A stretch of DNA of 64,000 nt from NCBI GenBank assembly GCA_003647275.1, contig QMMN01000004.1:1337-65336 (forward strand), in the 5' to 3' direction. The DNA comes from Deltaproteobacteria bacterium. Lineage in GTDB: Bacteria > Desulfobacterota > Desulfobacteria > Desulfobacterales > C00003060. How positions within the stretch are numbered: the stretch's first letter is position 1; each line of letters starts with the position of its first letter. Shown in pieces: positions 48,568-58,199 of the stretch. A program made the position numbers and the translations under genes. The notes under the pieces were generated by a model. It made no database searches, was not told where the DNA came from, and worked only from the letters and a program-made list of their open reading frames with translations.

Positions 48568-49662
48568 ATGTCCTTTGTCTTGCGCTTTTTTCTTTTTGTA
48601 CACTTTGTCTTTCTTGGCGCACTTTCCGGCACCGCCTTTTCCGCCGCAACGGACGAGCGGATTGCTGTTATTGAGATATACAATCAAAAGGGAAAGGTGA
48701 TCGGAAAAGAAGCGGGTGTATTTGTCTCAAAAGATGAGGTCCTTACCCACTACTATGTATTTTCCGGTGTGGATAAGGCTATATTGCGTGCAGGTGGCAA
48801 GGCCTTTCAGATAAAAGGGATCTCAGGGAGAAACAGGGAAAAGAAGCTGCTAAAGATAAAAATAGAGGGTAACGGATTCAGGCCGGCAAGCTTTGGCAGC
48901 AAGATAAAAGAAGGCCAGCAGGTGTTCATAAAGGCGCCGGGGGGCGATCCGGTGAAGGGAAAGGTCGGCTCTTTGGGGGACAGGGCAGAAATTGAGCTGA
49001 GTTCAACTCTTCCCAGGATAAGGGGGCTTCCTGTCTTTGACGAAAAAGATGCGGTCATAGGGATCATAGAATTTTTTTTGAGAAACAAAGATGTCGTCCA
49101 TGCCATTCCACTTTGTGACGGGATCTCATTTGAGCCGCTCGGGCTCTTAAGTATAAGGGAGTGGAGGGAAAAGAGAACCGAGGAGTGGATGGCAAGCGAC
49201 AGGGGAAAAAGGCAGACAATTGTCTATCTTATGGGCATTGGAAAGTACGAAGAGGCAATTCCAAAGCTAGAGGGGCTGATTGAAGAGGCTACCCAGGATA
49301 AAGAGGCGTATTTCAAACTTGGTGTTTGTTATGCAAAACTCGAAAGATACCGACAGGCCCTGGATGCCTATGAGAAATACACGGCCCTTTCGCCCGATGA
49401 TGTAAAGGGCCATTATAATCTTGGTATTTGCCATCTTTTTCTTGATAGACCCAAAGAGGCGCTGGCAGCGTTTAGTGAGGCCATAAGCATAGACAAGAAT
49501 CACCTGAGGTCCCATTATAATCTCGGCATCCTGTATGCGGCTTCAGGGAAAAAGGAAGAGGCGAACAAAGAGTATGAGTTTTTGAAAGGATTTAATTCAA
49601 AAGCGGCAAAGGTGCTTTCGGACAGGCTTTTGGAATACATTGAAAAGGGAAAAGGGCCATGA
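48568..49662 (+). CDS. Exported degenerate trypsin-like domain plus TPR repeats
   Basis: Signal peptide; S1C-like order of elements without catalytic residues; TPRs AYFKLGVCY, GHYNLGICH, SHYNLGILY. Confidence 0.7.
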   Translation: MSFVLRFFLFVHFVFLGALSGTAFSAATDERIAVIEIYNQKGKVIGKEAGVFVSKDEVLTHYYVFSGVDKAILRAGGKAFQIKGISGRNREKKLLKIKIEGNGFRPASFGSKIKEGQQVFIKAPGGDPVKGKVGSLGDRAEIELSSTLPRIRGLPVFDEKDAVIGIIEFFLRNKDVVHAIPLCDGISFEPLGLLSIREWREKRTEEWMASDRGKRQTIVYLMGIGKYEEAIPKLEGLIEEATQDKEAYFKLGVCYAKLERYRQALDAYEKYTALSPDDVKGHYNLGICHLFLDRPKEALAAFSEAISIDKNHLRSHYNLGILYAASGKKEEANKEYEFLKGFNSKAAKVLSDRLLEYIEKGKGP

Positions 49663-50615
49663 ATAAAAAAGGCTTCACCATGCTGGAACTCCTCTGGGTG
49701 ATAGTGATCATAGGCTTTCTGACGGCCATGATCGCCCCGAGGCTCGGCGGGGTGTCTGAAAGGGCCGAAGAAAGTATAAACGAGGCAAACCTTAAGGATA
49801 CAAAGAAGTACGTGGAGACATTCCAGGATGAAAATGCCGGGGATTTTCCGAATCATCTGATCAATTTGGTGCTGGCCGATGATGACGGGATTGCTGCTGC
49901 GGTCGGAGATTGCATCATGGCAACGGTGGAAGATCGCACGAATCAGGTCATGGAAAGCATTTCGTACGATTTCTCTGACCGGTTGCTTTTGAGCGAGCAT
50001 GTGTTGAGCGCGAACGAGGCAGCCGAACTTCTGGCCATGGGTGTTAGCGTGGTCCTTTCCTGGAACCATCCGGATGACCCGAACTATGTCTCTGCCACGC
50101 ACTGGAATCGATATGACTGGGTGGATGTGGCGGCAGGCGTAATGGTGGTCATGATCGGCGGCGGCGCAGCAGACAGCGCTGTAGACATAACCGCCCATGG
50201 CGACTTTGATGCGCTGGGAGAAGAAATCGGCAACCCTGACTGGCTTTACAGGATTGTCGCCGGCATCGGTCCTGATTGCGAGCTGGTCACCGAAGACTAT
50301 GTCGAGGCCGCGCCTTTGTGCCCGGCGGGGCTGAATAACAGGCATTATTTTTACAACTACTACAGCATTGTCCTGCCCAGGCTTGCCGCAACAGTGAACG
50401 GCCGTTTCGGGGCACTTCCTTTTGACGACGATGACGGGGACGGCTATCTCGATTTCGATGTGATCGATGCGAGCGACACCACAGACGGCCAGATAAAAAG
50501 AATCCAGTTAAAACCGATGACAGGCACCCAGTTTGATATCTGCAATGCCACAGGTCACGGCCGGCAGGAGGATGTGAAGTGGTGGCAGCTCTACGATAAT
50601 GGTGATGGGTTGTAG
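49659..50615 (+). CDS. Second long (318-aa) pilin-like protein, paralog of 47509
   Basis: KG|FTMLE; shared AMIAPRL, KKYV, W.YR...GIGPDCEL, VLPRL..TV, FD.C..GH. Confidence 0.85.
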   Translation: MNKKGFTMLELLWVIVIIGFLTAMIAPRLGGVSERAEESINEANLKDTKKYVETFQDENAGDFPNHLINLVLADDDGIAAAVGDCIMATVEDRTNQVMESISYDFSDRLLLSEHVLSANEAAELLAMGVSVVLSWNHPDDPNYVSATHWNRYDWVDVAAGVMVVMIGGGAADSAVDITAHGDFDALGEEIGNPDWLYRIVAGIGPDCELVTEDYVEAAPLCPAGLNNRHYFYNYYSIVLPRLAATVNGRFGALPFDDDDGDGYLDFDVIDASDTTDGQIKRIQLKPMTGTQFDICNATGHGRQEDVKWWQLYDNGDGL

Positions 50616-50706
50616 GGAAAAAAAGTGAACACATAAGTAAACAAACAGGCTGAAGGCACAGGGCAAAAGGCGCAAGGGCAAAAGAAAGAATATGCGCGGG
50701 AGAAAA

Positions 50707-51303
50707 ATGACCAACAAAGGATTTACTCTGGCCGAAATTATTGTAGTCCTTTTCATCGTTGGTTTCCTGATTGGCTCGGTAGCCCTGGTGGTGGGACGAA
50801 CCCAGGAGAGAGGGGCAGTGATCACTACCTTGAGCGAAATGAATAACATCAAGAAGACCATCAGGGAGCGTTTTTACCCGGATCTGGGCCTCATCCCCGA
50901 AGATGCGGCTGATCCTGAGTACGCCACAAGATATCTTTGTCTTAAAAATGACGGCGCCGGGAATCCGGAGTATCAGGAGATGCGAAACTTCCTGGGAAGT
51001 GACAACCTCATGGTATGGGACAAGTATGTCAGAAAAGGCTGGCGTGGTCCCTACATGGAGCCGGATACCCGCTACCATGATCTCGTTGATGACGAGTGGT
51101 ATCCTGTGCTCACCGATTCATGGAAGAATTACTACCACATTTTGATGAACCCAGCCCAGGACAAAGATTCCGCTCGGATTGTCAGTTTTGGGGCAAACGG
51201 CCTGGATGAAGGGGGGACCATCCTGCCGGTGCCGGCGGATATTGGTGATGACATTGTGATGTTTGTCTTTGGCGGGGGAGAGGCGAGGAGTCCGCTTGAT
51301 TGA
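50707..51303 (+). CDS. GspG-like pseudopilin
   Basis: KG|FTLAE; GWRGPYM, DSWKN, SFGANG..GG...GDDI. Confidence 0.8.
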   Translation: MTNKGFTLAEIIVVLFIVGFLIGSVALVVGRTQERGAVITTLSEMNNIKKTIRERFYPDLGLIPEDAADPEYATRYLCLKNDGAGNPEYQEMRNFLGSDNLMVWDKYVRKGWRGPYMEPDTRYHDLVDDEWYPVLTDSWKNYYHILMNPAQDKDSARIVSFGANGLDEGGTILPVPADIGDDIVMFVFGGGEARSPLD

Positions 51304-51335
51304 GCAGGTGGGCTGGTGTGAAAGTGAGCTGGTGA

Positions 51336-52265
51336 GTGAATATGGGGAACAATCCTGAACCAAAGTCCATTTTCTCACCCGCCCACCTGCCCACCCGCTT
51401 CGCTTCCGGCTTCACCCTACTTGAGCTTGTGGTGGTTCTGACCATCATCGGGTTTCTGGTGATGATCATGACCGGGGTCTATTCCGGCGAGGATGACCAG
51501 AAGCGCTTTGAGCAGACCCGCGAGCAGATGGAGGAAATCAGAAAGGCACTCCTTGGCAGTGATGGCACTTATGCCAGCGGCCAGAGGCGGTTTGCCGGGT
51601 ATATTGCAGATATGGGTGGGTTGCCCGCACTGGTGGATGTTCTTGGCACGCCGGGTGATACAAGCGATGACCAGCCAGAAGGGCTCTGGGATCAGGGCGG
51701 CCTTCCTGACTGGGAACATAAAGCTGCTTCAAGGACCTGGATGGGGTGGCGGGGGGCCTACATTGAGGCCCCGCCAGGTAACGTGCTGAAAGACGGCTGG
51801 GGCAATCCCCTTGTCTTTTCCGTTGCCAATGGAGACATGACCATTAAAAGCTACGGGGCAGATGGTGCGGAGGATACAGGCGGGGAGACGGGTTTTGATG
51901 AGGATATTACCTTGATCATCAACAACACCGAGTATCTGGCCCCCGTGGCCGGGCGGGTAACCGGTTTTGCTCCTGGTAATGAGGCAAACATAAGGGTGCT
52001 ACTCTACATTGCTAGTGACGGCAGTGAAGTTGCACTCACCATGGATGTTGGCGTGCCATCGGACGGCTATTTTCGTTTCGAGCCTCGCGACCCGGCAGAG
52101 CCGGACCCGGAACCGGCAGGTAGTGGAAGGAAGTACGCCAGTATACCCACAGGGATAAGGAGCATTTACGCCTTTGATGTAACCAGCCCTCCAGCCAGTC
52201 CCAGCCCCATGGTTTTCACAGTGGAGTCCACAGGGAACTGGATTGGGGAGATAGAGATTCAGTAG
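51336..52265 (+). CDS. GspG-like pseudopilin with C-terminal beta domain
   Basis: SG|FTLLE; GYIADMGGLP, GWRGAYI, DGWGNP, SYGADG; start uncertain. Confidence 0.8.
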   Translation: MNMGNNPEPKSIFSPAHLPTRFASGFTLLELVVVLTIIGFLVMIMTGVYSGEDDQKRFEQTREQMEEIRKALLGSDGTYASGQRRFAGYIADMGGLPALVDVLGTPGDTSDDQPEGLWDQGGLPDWEHKAASRTWMGWRGAYIEAPPGNVLKDGWGNPLVFSVANGDMTIKSYGADGAEDTGGETGFDEDITLIINNTEYLAPVAGRVTGFAPGNEANIRVLLYIASDGSEVALTMDVGVPSDGYFRFEPRDPAEPDPEPAGSGRKYASIPTGIRSIYAFDVTSPPASPSPMVFTVESTGNWIGEIEIQ

Positions 52266-52283
52266 ATTGGGGGAATTAAGGGA

Positions 52284-53312
52284 TTGAGCGATTCCTTAAT
52301 CTTCGGTTGCAGTGCTTTGATTTTAAAGCGGACAATTAAAAATGACCGTGGACTTGTCCTTGTCTCGGCAGCATTGATGCTGACGGCTTTAGTGAGTGTT
52401 GTCCTGGTATGTTTTTTTGTCCTCGGACATGGGGCAGGTAACGACCTTCGGTACCAGGCGACGCGCCGCCGTATGCACGACGTTAAACGTGCCCTGTTGG
52501 GGCGTCTGGCAGATGCCCGGGGCGGAAAAGACATCACGGCCTGTGGGGGTTTTATAAGCGATTATGGAGAGCCTGATGATATGACTCCATTTGCACCCGG
52601 CACGGATAATTTCGTAGGGGTTCTACTCAACCGGCAGAGCGTGGCGGCCTGGCAGGGGTGGTCCTATAGTGGTTCACCAGAACAATTCTGGGCTGGATAC
52701 AGGAGTGATCGTTACTTAACACCCTCACCTGGTGAATGGAGCGATGATCCTCCGTTTCCCCATGACCTGCGAGACGGATGGGGATATCCGATTGAAGTCA
52801 AATTTATTCAGGATTCAACACCTGAACATACAGTCATAGAGATAAAGAGCCACGGGAGCGACGGGCTGACCGGGGGGGGCGGAAACTACAAGGAGGATGT
52901 AGAAGAGGCCTTTTACTGGAAAAGAAGTCTGCATGTAATATTTCAGCTCGATGCAACGGGACTCGGTCTTCCCGATGGTACTGACGTGGATGTTGAAGCT
53001 CGCACGGTTTATCCCTTCCGGGGAAATGTTGCCACAAAGGATCAGACTGTGACCATAACTGTGAACAGCGGCATCGGTAGTGGGGTCTACGATTTCCCGA
53101 TAGCGCCGCCCGGCAACATGGATCCCACAAAGTTTCCTGTTGGCTCAAGAAAGATAATCTGGACCTTAAAGACAGATCTCAGCCCCTGGGGCGGGCCGAC
53201 TGCAGATACGTTATTGGCCACCAGAATGGTCTTGATCCCGGCCAGTCCGGTGACTTCAAGTCCACCGGGACCGCCCCGTACATATAGCATTAGTATGCAG
53301 GTTACGATTTAG
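52284..53312 (+). CDS. PilX/GspK-like minor pilin lacking Glu5, with a GspG-type motif
   Basis: RG|LVLVS hydrophobic helix; DGWGYP, SHGSDGLTGGGG. Confidence 0.65.
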   Translation: MSDSLIFGCSALILKRTIKNDRGLVLVSAALMLTALVSVVLVCFFVLGHGAGNDLRYQATRRRMHDVKRALLGRLADARGGKDITACGGFISDYGEPDDMTPFAPGTDNFVGVLLNRQSVAAWQGWSYSGSPEQFWAGYRSDRYLTPSPGEWSDDPPFPHDLRDGWGYPIEVKFIQDSTPEHTVIEIKSHGSDGLTGGGGNYKEDVEEAFYWKRSLHVIFQLDATGLGLPDGTDVDVEARTVYPFRGNVATKDQTVTITVNSGIGSGVYDFPIAPPGNMDPTKFPVGSRKIIWTLKTDLSPWGGPTADTLLATRMVLIPASPVTSSPPGPPRTYSISMQVTI

Positions 53313-53489
53313 TTCTAAGTGATTACGGGGCCTCTTTTGTCTCTCACAGAGCACACAGAGGCGCTGAGTCCTTGAGCAGATTTCCTGACCCCATGTAAAT
53401 AGGCCACGCATTTAACGGGGCAGGGAGGGGAAATCTGCTCAAACTGCCATCCCGCTCAGGCGGGAAAGCAATGTAAAGGGAAATGGTAA

Positions 53490-55019
53490 ATGACAAATAT
53501 TTCCGGAATCTTTTCCGCTCTTCGATCCAGAGTTCCCTCAACGTCACCAAAAAAAGTGATATCGATTCATATAGGAAGGAATTCTCTGAAAGCGGTAGTT
53601 GTCAGAAGGGACCGAAAGAGACTCGTAATTGTGTCAGCCGCACAGGTAGAGACAGATACGGAGGCGACCTATGATCTCAACAAGATCGGCCGGGCGCTGA
53701 GCAATCTCTTAAATGAGCTGGGTTCTTACCCGAAAGACGGGATCATAGTGACCGATCAGGTTAAATTCCTGGCCAGTGAACTGCCGATCCCGCCCGGCAA
53801 GAAGCTGCCTGAGGAGAGGCTGGCAGCGGCAGTGGCATGGGAGATGGAACCCTATATCGATTTTGTCGTCCAGGAAGGCCTTTTCGCATATCGGCTGCAA
53901 CAGGACAGAACCAGCACGGATAACACCCCTGTGCTGATATCAGCCATGGGGAAAAGCGAATTTGAAGCAATTTCTGAGATCTTGAAGGACTTTCGCATAT
54001 CGCTGTCCCATGCCTATTCGCCTGATGGTGCCTTTGCCTTTGCGTCAGAGGTGCGAGGCGATGCGGAAAATAGAATCGTCATAAGCTGTCAGCACAGTGC
54101 CATAACCGCTTTGTTCTTGAGTACGACTTCGGAAGCCTTTGTCTTGAAAGCAATTCCTGTCGAGCCGGGCTTTCATATTGCTGTCATAGAAACCATTCCT
54201 GTCGAGCCGGGCGTTCCTCTTGATCAACAAATAAAACGGGTGGTTCATGAGTTAACGGGCTCCATCGGCGAGGCAAAGGAGGTGGTTGTTGCCGGAGACC
54301 TGGCCTCAGAGGAACTTATCGATCAGCTCAAGGCGGAACTGAGCACAGAGGTAACAATCTGGAAGCCCGAGGAAAATCTCAAGGGATTTGGCATAACACT
54401 TGAGACCGGAGACATGGGTCCCGCTTATGCTGCAGCAATGGGCGCGGCCGTGCAGGAGCTAGGACTTGTGGGAAGGCCCCTGGGCGTTACCGACAAGATT
54501 CCTTTGATTAAGAGGGTCAGGGAAAGGGTACATCTGGCGCCGGCTGTGGCTCTGGCCACCGTCATTTTGTGCTTTATCGGCCATTACGCATTTGTAAAGA
54601 GTCGCATCGGGCATTACACCTCAGAGGTCAAGGAGCTGGAGCAAAAAAAGAAGGTGTTTACCCGGTTGCGAGATGAAAGGACAAGACTTACTTCAAGACA
54701 GAAGGATATCGCCGGGAAAAAGAGATATCTCGAAAACCTGCCGGAACGCCAGAAAAACCTTGTTCTTCTCCTGAGCGGGATTCCCGACCTCCTCCCTGAC
54801 ACGATGGTGCTGGAAAATATTATCCAGGAGGATGCTACCAGTTTCTCTATTGCGGGCTCCGCTTTACAGGCAAGCTCCATCGGCCTTTTTGCGAATCAAC
54901 TTTCCCGGCTGGAAGCCGGAAAACAGGTAACGGTAAAGGCTATAACGAAACAAGATGAGAGCAAGGAAAAAGGGAGATTGCCATATGGTTTTTCAGTGGA
55001 ATTGACCCTGAAGGAGTAG
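53490..55019 (+). CDS. PilM-PilN fusion / GspL-like assembly protein
   Basis: Actin-like N-terminus (ISIHIGRNSLKAV, AVAWEMEPYI), one TM, PilN-like C-terminus (IPDLLPDTMVL...FSIAGSA). Confidence 0.75.
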   Translation: MTNISGIFSALRSRVPSTSPKKVISIHIGRNSLKAVVVRRDRKRLVIVSAAQVETDTEATYDLNKIGRALSNLLNELGSYPKDGIIVTDQVKFLASELPIPPGKKLPEERLAAAVAWEMEPYIDFVVQEGLFAYRLQQDRTSTDNTPVLISAMGKSEFEAISEILKDFRISLSHAYSPDGAFAFASEVRGDAENRIVISCQHSAITALFLSTTSEAFVLKAIPVEPGFHIAVIETIPVEPGVPLDQQIKRVVHELTGSIGEAKEVVVAGDLASEELIDQLKAELSTEVTIWKPEENLKGFGITLETGDMGPAYAAAMGAAVQELGLVGRPLGVTDKIPLIKRVRERVHLAPAVALATVILCFIGHYAFVKSRIGHYTSEVKELEQKKKVFTRLRDERTRLTSRQKDIAGKKRYLENLPERQKNLVLLLSGIPDLLPDTMVLENIIQEDATSFSIAGSALQASSIGLFANQLSRLEAGKQVTVKAITKQDESKEKGRLPYGFSVELTLKE

Positions 55020-55027
55020 GCACAGAG

Positions 55028-55591
55028 ATGGCCAGGAGAAAACTGACAAAGCTTGAGCAGATAGGGATTGTAGTGATGGTAGGAGTTGTGGGATTGTTTT
55101 TCTACCTCAAGCTCGTCTATGATCCTACTATGAAAAAATACTCTGCCATCCGGAAGAAATGGGTAAAGCTTTTCAATGAGGTAGCAGTGCTTGAAGACGA
55201 AGAGATGGCGGCCAGGGGGGCCGAGGGCCTGGCGGAACGGCTGAAAGAGCTGGAGCAGGACCTGCGCAACGCTGAAACAACTCTGGTCAAGGATGTTGAT
55301 AGCGCAGACAGTCTGATGATCAATGTCTTGAAGGTAGCGGAGAAGAATAACCTTGAGGTAGCCAGCTATGAATCACTGGATATCACCAGGGTTAAGGAGA
55401 TAATCAAATCGCTCTTTTATCAGAGGAGATACTACGACGTGCTGTTGAGAGGGAGCTACGGAGATCTTATTGCCTTCCTGACAGAAATCAGCTCACTGCC
55501 TCAACTCATAACCGTAGAAAAGATCGACATCAGGCATGAGGGTAGGGGCGAAAATGGTTCTTTGGATGTGGCTTTGTTGTTTGGTATATGA
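55028..55591 (+). CDS. pilO: PilO/GspM-like protein
   Basis: N-terminal TM, coiled coil, LRGSYGDLIAFLTEISSLPQLITV. Confidence 0.75.
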   Translation: MARRKLTKLEQIGIVVMVGVVGLFFYLKLVYDPTMKKYSAIRKKWVKLFNEVAVLEDEEMAARGAEGLAERLKELEQDLRNAETTLVKDVDSADSLMINVLKVAEKNNLEVASYESLDITRVKEIIKSLFYQRRYYDVLLRGSYGDLIAFLTEISSLPQLITVEKIDIRHEGRGENGSLDVALLFGI

Positions 55592-55609
55592 GTCAGTGGT
55601 TAGTGGTCG

Positions 55610-56083
55610 GTGGTCAGCGGATATCCAGTAAGGAGAATCTCAATGTTGCAGAAATATTTCTTTGCTCCTTTTTTGCTTTTGTGCCTGATTTTCTCGTGTC
55701 CACCCATAGGGTCGGTCAGGGCTGAGAAGAATTTGCCAGAAAAGGGGAGCGATCACACGGCAGAGGTGCGAGATCTAAAAAGAGACCCTTTTGAGCTAAC
55801 TCCTGCACTGCAAGATTACATTAAGGCCCGGAATCCCGATACGACCCCGCGGGACTTCGAACCTACCAAAGTCAAAGTCACCGGCATCATGATCGTCAGG
55901 GACAGGATAATGGCCACGGCAGAGATCGAGCAAATCGGAGAGATGGCTTTAAAACCCGGAATGCAGGTAAATGTGACGAAAAAGGATACCCCGGCGATTT
56001 CCTTTACGGTTAAGGAGATTTCCAGTAGAGGGGTAGTCGTCGTTTTCGAAAATGGAGATGAAGTGCTGTATGAGTATGAATAG
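55610..56083 (+). CDS. PilP/GspC-like periplasmic protein
   Basis: Signal or TM segment, RDPFEL motif, short beta-rich C-terminus; lies between pilO and the secretin. Confidence 0.55.
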   Translation: MVSGYPVRRISMLQKYFFAPFLLLCLIFSCPPIGSVRAEKNLPEKGSDHTAEVRDLKRDPFELTPALQDYIKARNPDTTPRDFEPTKVKVTGIMIVRDRIMATAEIEQIGEMALKPGMQVNVTKKDTPAISFTVKEISSRGVVVVFENGDEVLYEYE

Positions 56084-56091
56084 TGGTAAAT

Positions 56092-56222
56092 TGTCATTGG
56101 TCATTAGTTATTGGGTATTCGGTATTGGTGACTGGTTATTGGTTATTGATCAGTAGTCAGTGGCCAGTGACAAATGACGAATGACAAATGACGAATGACA
56201 AATGACGAATGACAAATGACAA
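56092..56222. repeat. Inverted heptamer array (GT(C/T)ATT(G/A) ... AATGAC(A/G) x~9)
   Basis: Direct reading of the sequence. Confidence 0.9.
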
Positions 56223-56246
56223 AACGGTCAGGGAAGGAAGTATGGT

Positions 56247-58127
56247 TTGCATTTGACTGGGGTTCGGAAGAGGATTGGTTTCATCAGGTTTGGTAGAGTC
56301 GGTTTCTTCTTATTCGCATTTTTCATCACTTTTCACCTTTCGTTTCTTCATATCCCCTGTGGCCCGGGCATGGCAAAAGCCGGGAAAAAGGCAACAGCTT
56401 CAAAAAAAGAGAACCCTGATGAAAAGATCTATTTGTTTGATTTCAAAGAGGCAGCACTCAGCGATGTGCTGAAGGTTTTCACCAAGCTGACAGGAAAGAA
56501 TGTGGTTGCGAACGAGAACATCCGGGATTTCAAGGTGACCATCTTTCTAAAACAGGTTCCCCCAAGGGCTGCCCTGGAGATACTCTGCAAACAGAACAAC
56601 CTCTGGTACAAAGAGGATGATCATCACATACGTCTGATCAAGGTTGAAGACTTTGGCAAGGATATCATTGTAGAGTATGAGGATAACACCAGGGTATTTA
56701 ACTTGAAATACGCCTCTGCCGAGGCAGTGGCCGATGCCATTGCCAGCCTCATGGAAGATAAGGTCGAATACTCCGAACCAGGCGTGACAGAAAGCTATGG
56801 TCAGCTTGGGGCAGGGGCTGGTGCAGGCGGCGGCGCAGGCGCCGGTGGTGCAGGAGCGGGCGGGCGGGGCGGTGCTGGCAGAGGTGGCGGCAGAGGCGCC
56901 GGTGGCGCACGAGGGGGCGGCGGTGGCAGGGGCGCCGCGGTTACCAGAGAGGTTCACATCCCTACTATAGCTGAGGAACTGACGCCAGAGATGGTAAGGG
57001 AGTTCCTAAAAAAAGAGGAGGAAGCGAAGGAGGAAAAACGGGAAATAAAAATCGAGGAGGTACGCAGGATCAAGGTCCCAAGGCCACTGGCCTACATGAC
57101 GGTTTTTTTACCCAACAACAGCATCCTTCTCTATTCAGCCAATAAAAAGATGCTCAAAGAAATTACAAAACTCATCAAGGCACTCGATACGCCTATCCGG
57201 CAGGTTCTGTTGCAGGGAAAGATACTGGAGATAACCCTTACGGATGACTTTACGTCATTGTTTGACTTGAGCTATCAATCAGATGAAATGACGACCCGGA
57301 CTTATCCCGAACCTGCGACAGCTCCCCGTCATTCGGGCGTACTGGGCAGGTTTGGGGATCTGGAAGGGGGCACCCTCCTTTATACCTTTTTCGGCAAAGA
57401 GCTTGAGGCCCGGGTGGAACTGCTCAAAAAGGACGGAAGGGTCAAGACGATCGGCACTCCGATGGTTCTTTCCGCCAATAATGCCCCTGCAAAGTTTTTC
57501 ATCGGCGAAGAACGCCCTGTCGTCACCAATTATGAATTCGAGGTAAGGGATTTTGAAGAGCGAACAACAGAAACAATTCGCCCTGTGATGAGTCTCGAAG
57601 AGATAGGTACAAAACTGGAGGTTATCCCCCGTATCAATGAAAACGGTACAGTCACCATGAGGCTCGTTACGGAGATATCCACGCTGGGCGCCGGGGCAAG
57701 CGTGAGTCAGGTGGACCAGTACGGAAATGTCATTGCCCTGCCGATCGATACGATTGATTCATCTACTGTGGAGGGTATCATCGTGGCGAACAACGAAGAG
57801 ACCGTAGCTATTGGCGGACTTCTGCGCGAAGAAGACAGCGTAGTCGAAAACAAGGTCCCCTGTCTGGGAAGTATTCCGCTGTTAGGGTTTTTCTTCAAGA
57901 AATTTCAATCCATAAAAGAAAAAACTGAAATGGTTCTGCTGATCACCCCCCATATCATGATGAAGCCGGAAGAAGCTGGCGCAGTATCTGAAAGAGTCAC
58001 CAAGGGACTTTCCGAACATCCTTATATCAAGGATGGAAAAGAAAAGCTCCTGAGGTATGACGAAAAAGAAAAGGGACTTGAACCGCTGACAGAGGAGCCT
58101 GGGATAGAAGAGCGGTCGATGAGATGA
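56247..58127 (+). CDS. Secretin (GspD/PilQ family) with a Gly/Ala/Arg-rich loop
   Basis: LSDVLKVF, FNLKYASA, QVLLQGKILEI, IGTKLEVIPRIN, VAIGGLL, KVPCLGSIPLLGFFF, EMVLLITPHI. Confidence 0.92.
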   Translation: MHLTGVRKRIGFIRFGRVGFFLFAFFITFHLSFLHIPCGPGMAKAGKKATASKKENPDEKIYLFDFKEAALSDVLKVFTKLTGKNVVANENIRDFKVTIFLKQVPPRAALEILCKQNNLWYKEDDHHIRLIKVEDFGKDIIVEYEDNTRVFNLKYASAEAVADAIASLMEDKVEYSEPGVTESYGQLGAGAGAGGGAGAGGAGAGGRGGAGRGGGRGAGGARGGGGGRGAAVTREVHIPTIAEELTPEMVREFLKKEEEAKEEKREIKIEEVRRIKVPRPLAYMTVFLPNNSILLYSANKKMLKEITKLIKALDTPIRQVLLQGKILEITLTDDFTSLFDLSYQSDEMTTRTYPEPATAPRHSGVLGRFGDLEGGTLLYTFFGKELEARVELLKKDGRVKTIGTPMVLSANNAPAKFFIGEERPVVTNYEFEVRDFEERTTETIRPVMSLEEIGTKLEVIPRINENGTVTMRLVTEISTLGAGASVSQVDQYGNVIALPIDTIDSSTVEGIIVANNEETVAIGGLLREEDSVVENKVPCLGSIPLLGFFFKKFQSIKEKTEMVLLITPHIMMKPEEAGAVSERVTKGLSEHPYIKDGKEKLLRYDEKEKGLEPLTEEPGIEERSMR

Positions 58128-58199
58128 TGAATTACAAGTCGACTGTGGACTGTCGACGGTCGACAGTCCACAGTCAATACCCAATGACCAATGACAAAA

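Noticed and set aside
47509-50615. Electrically conductive e-pilin interpretation
   Set aside because: A hand count gives ~9% F/W/Y in pilin 1 but with a ~50-residue gap; this is borderline and the heuristic is unreliable for large pilins.
49515-51078. Long antisense ORFs 49515-50345 and 50287-51078 (also 58022-58975, 42229-42930, 35635-36279, 11545-12186)
   Set aside because: They lie antisense to motif-supported genes and carry no recognisable motifs.
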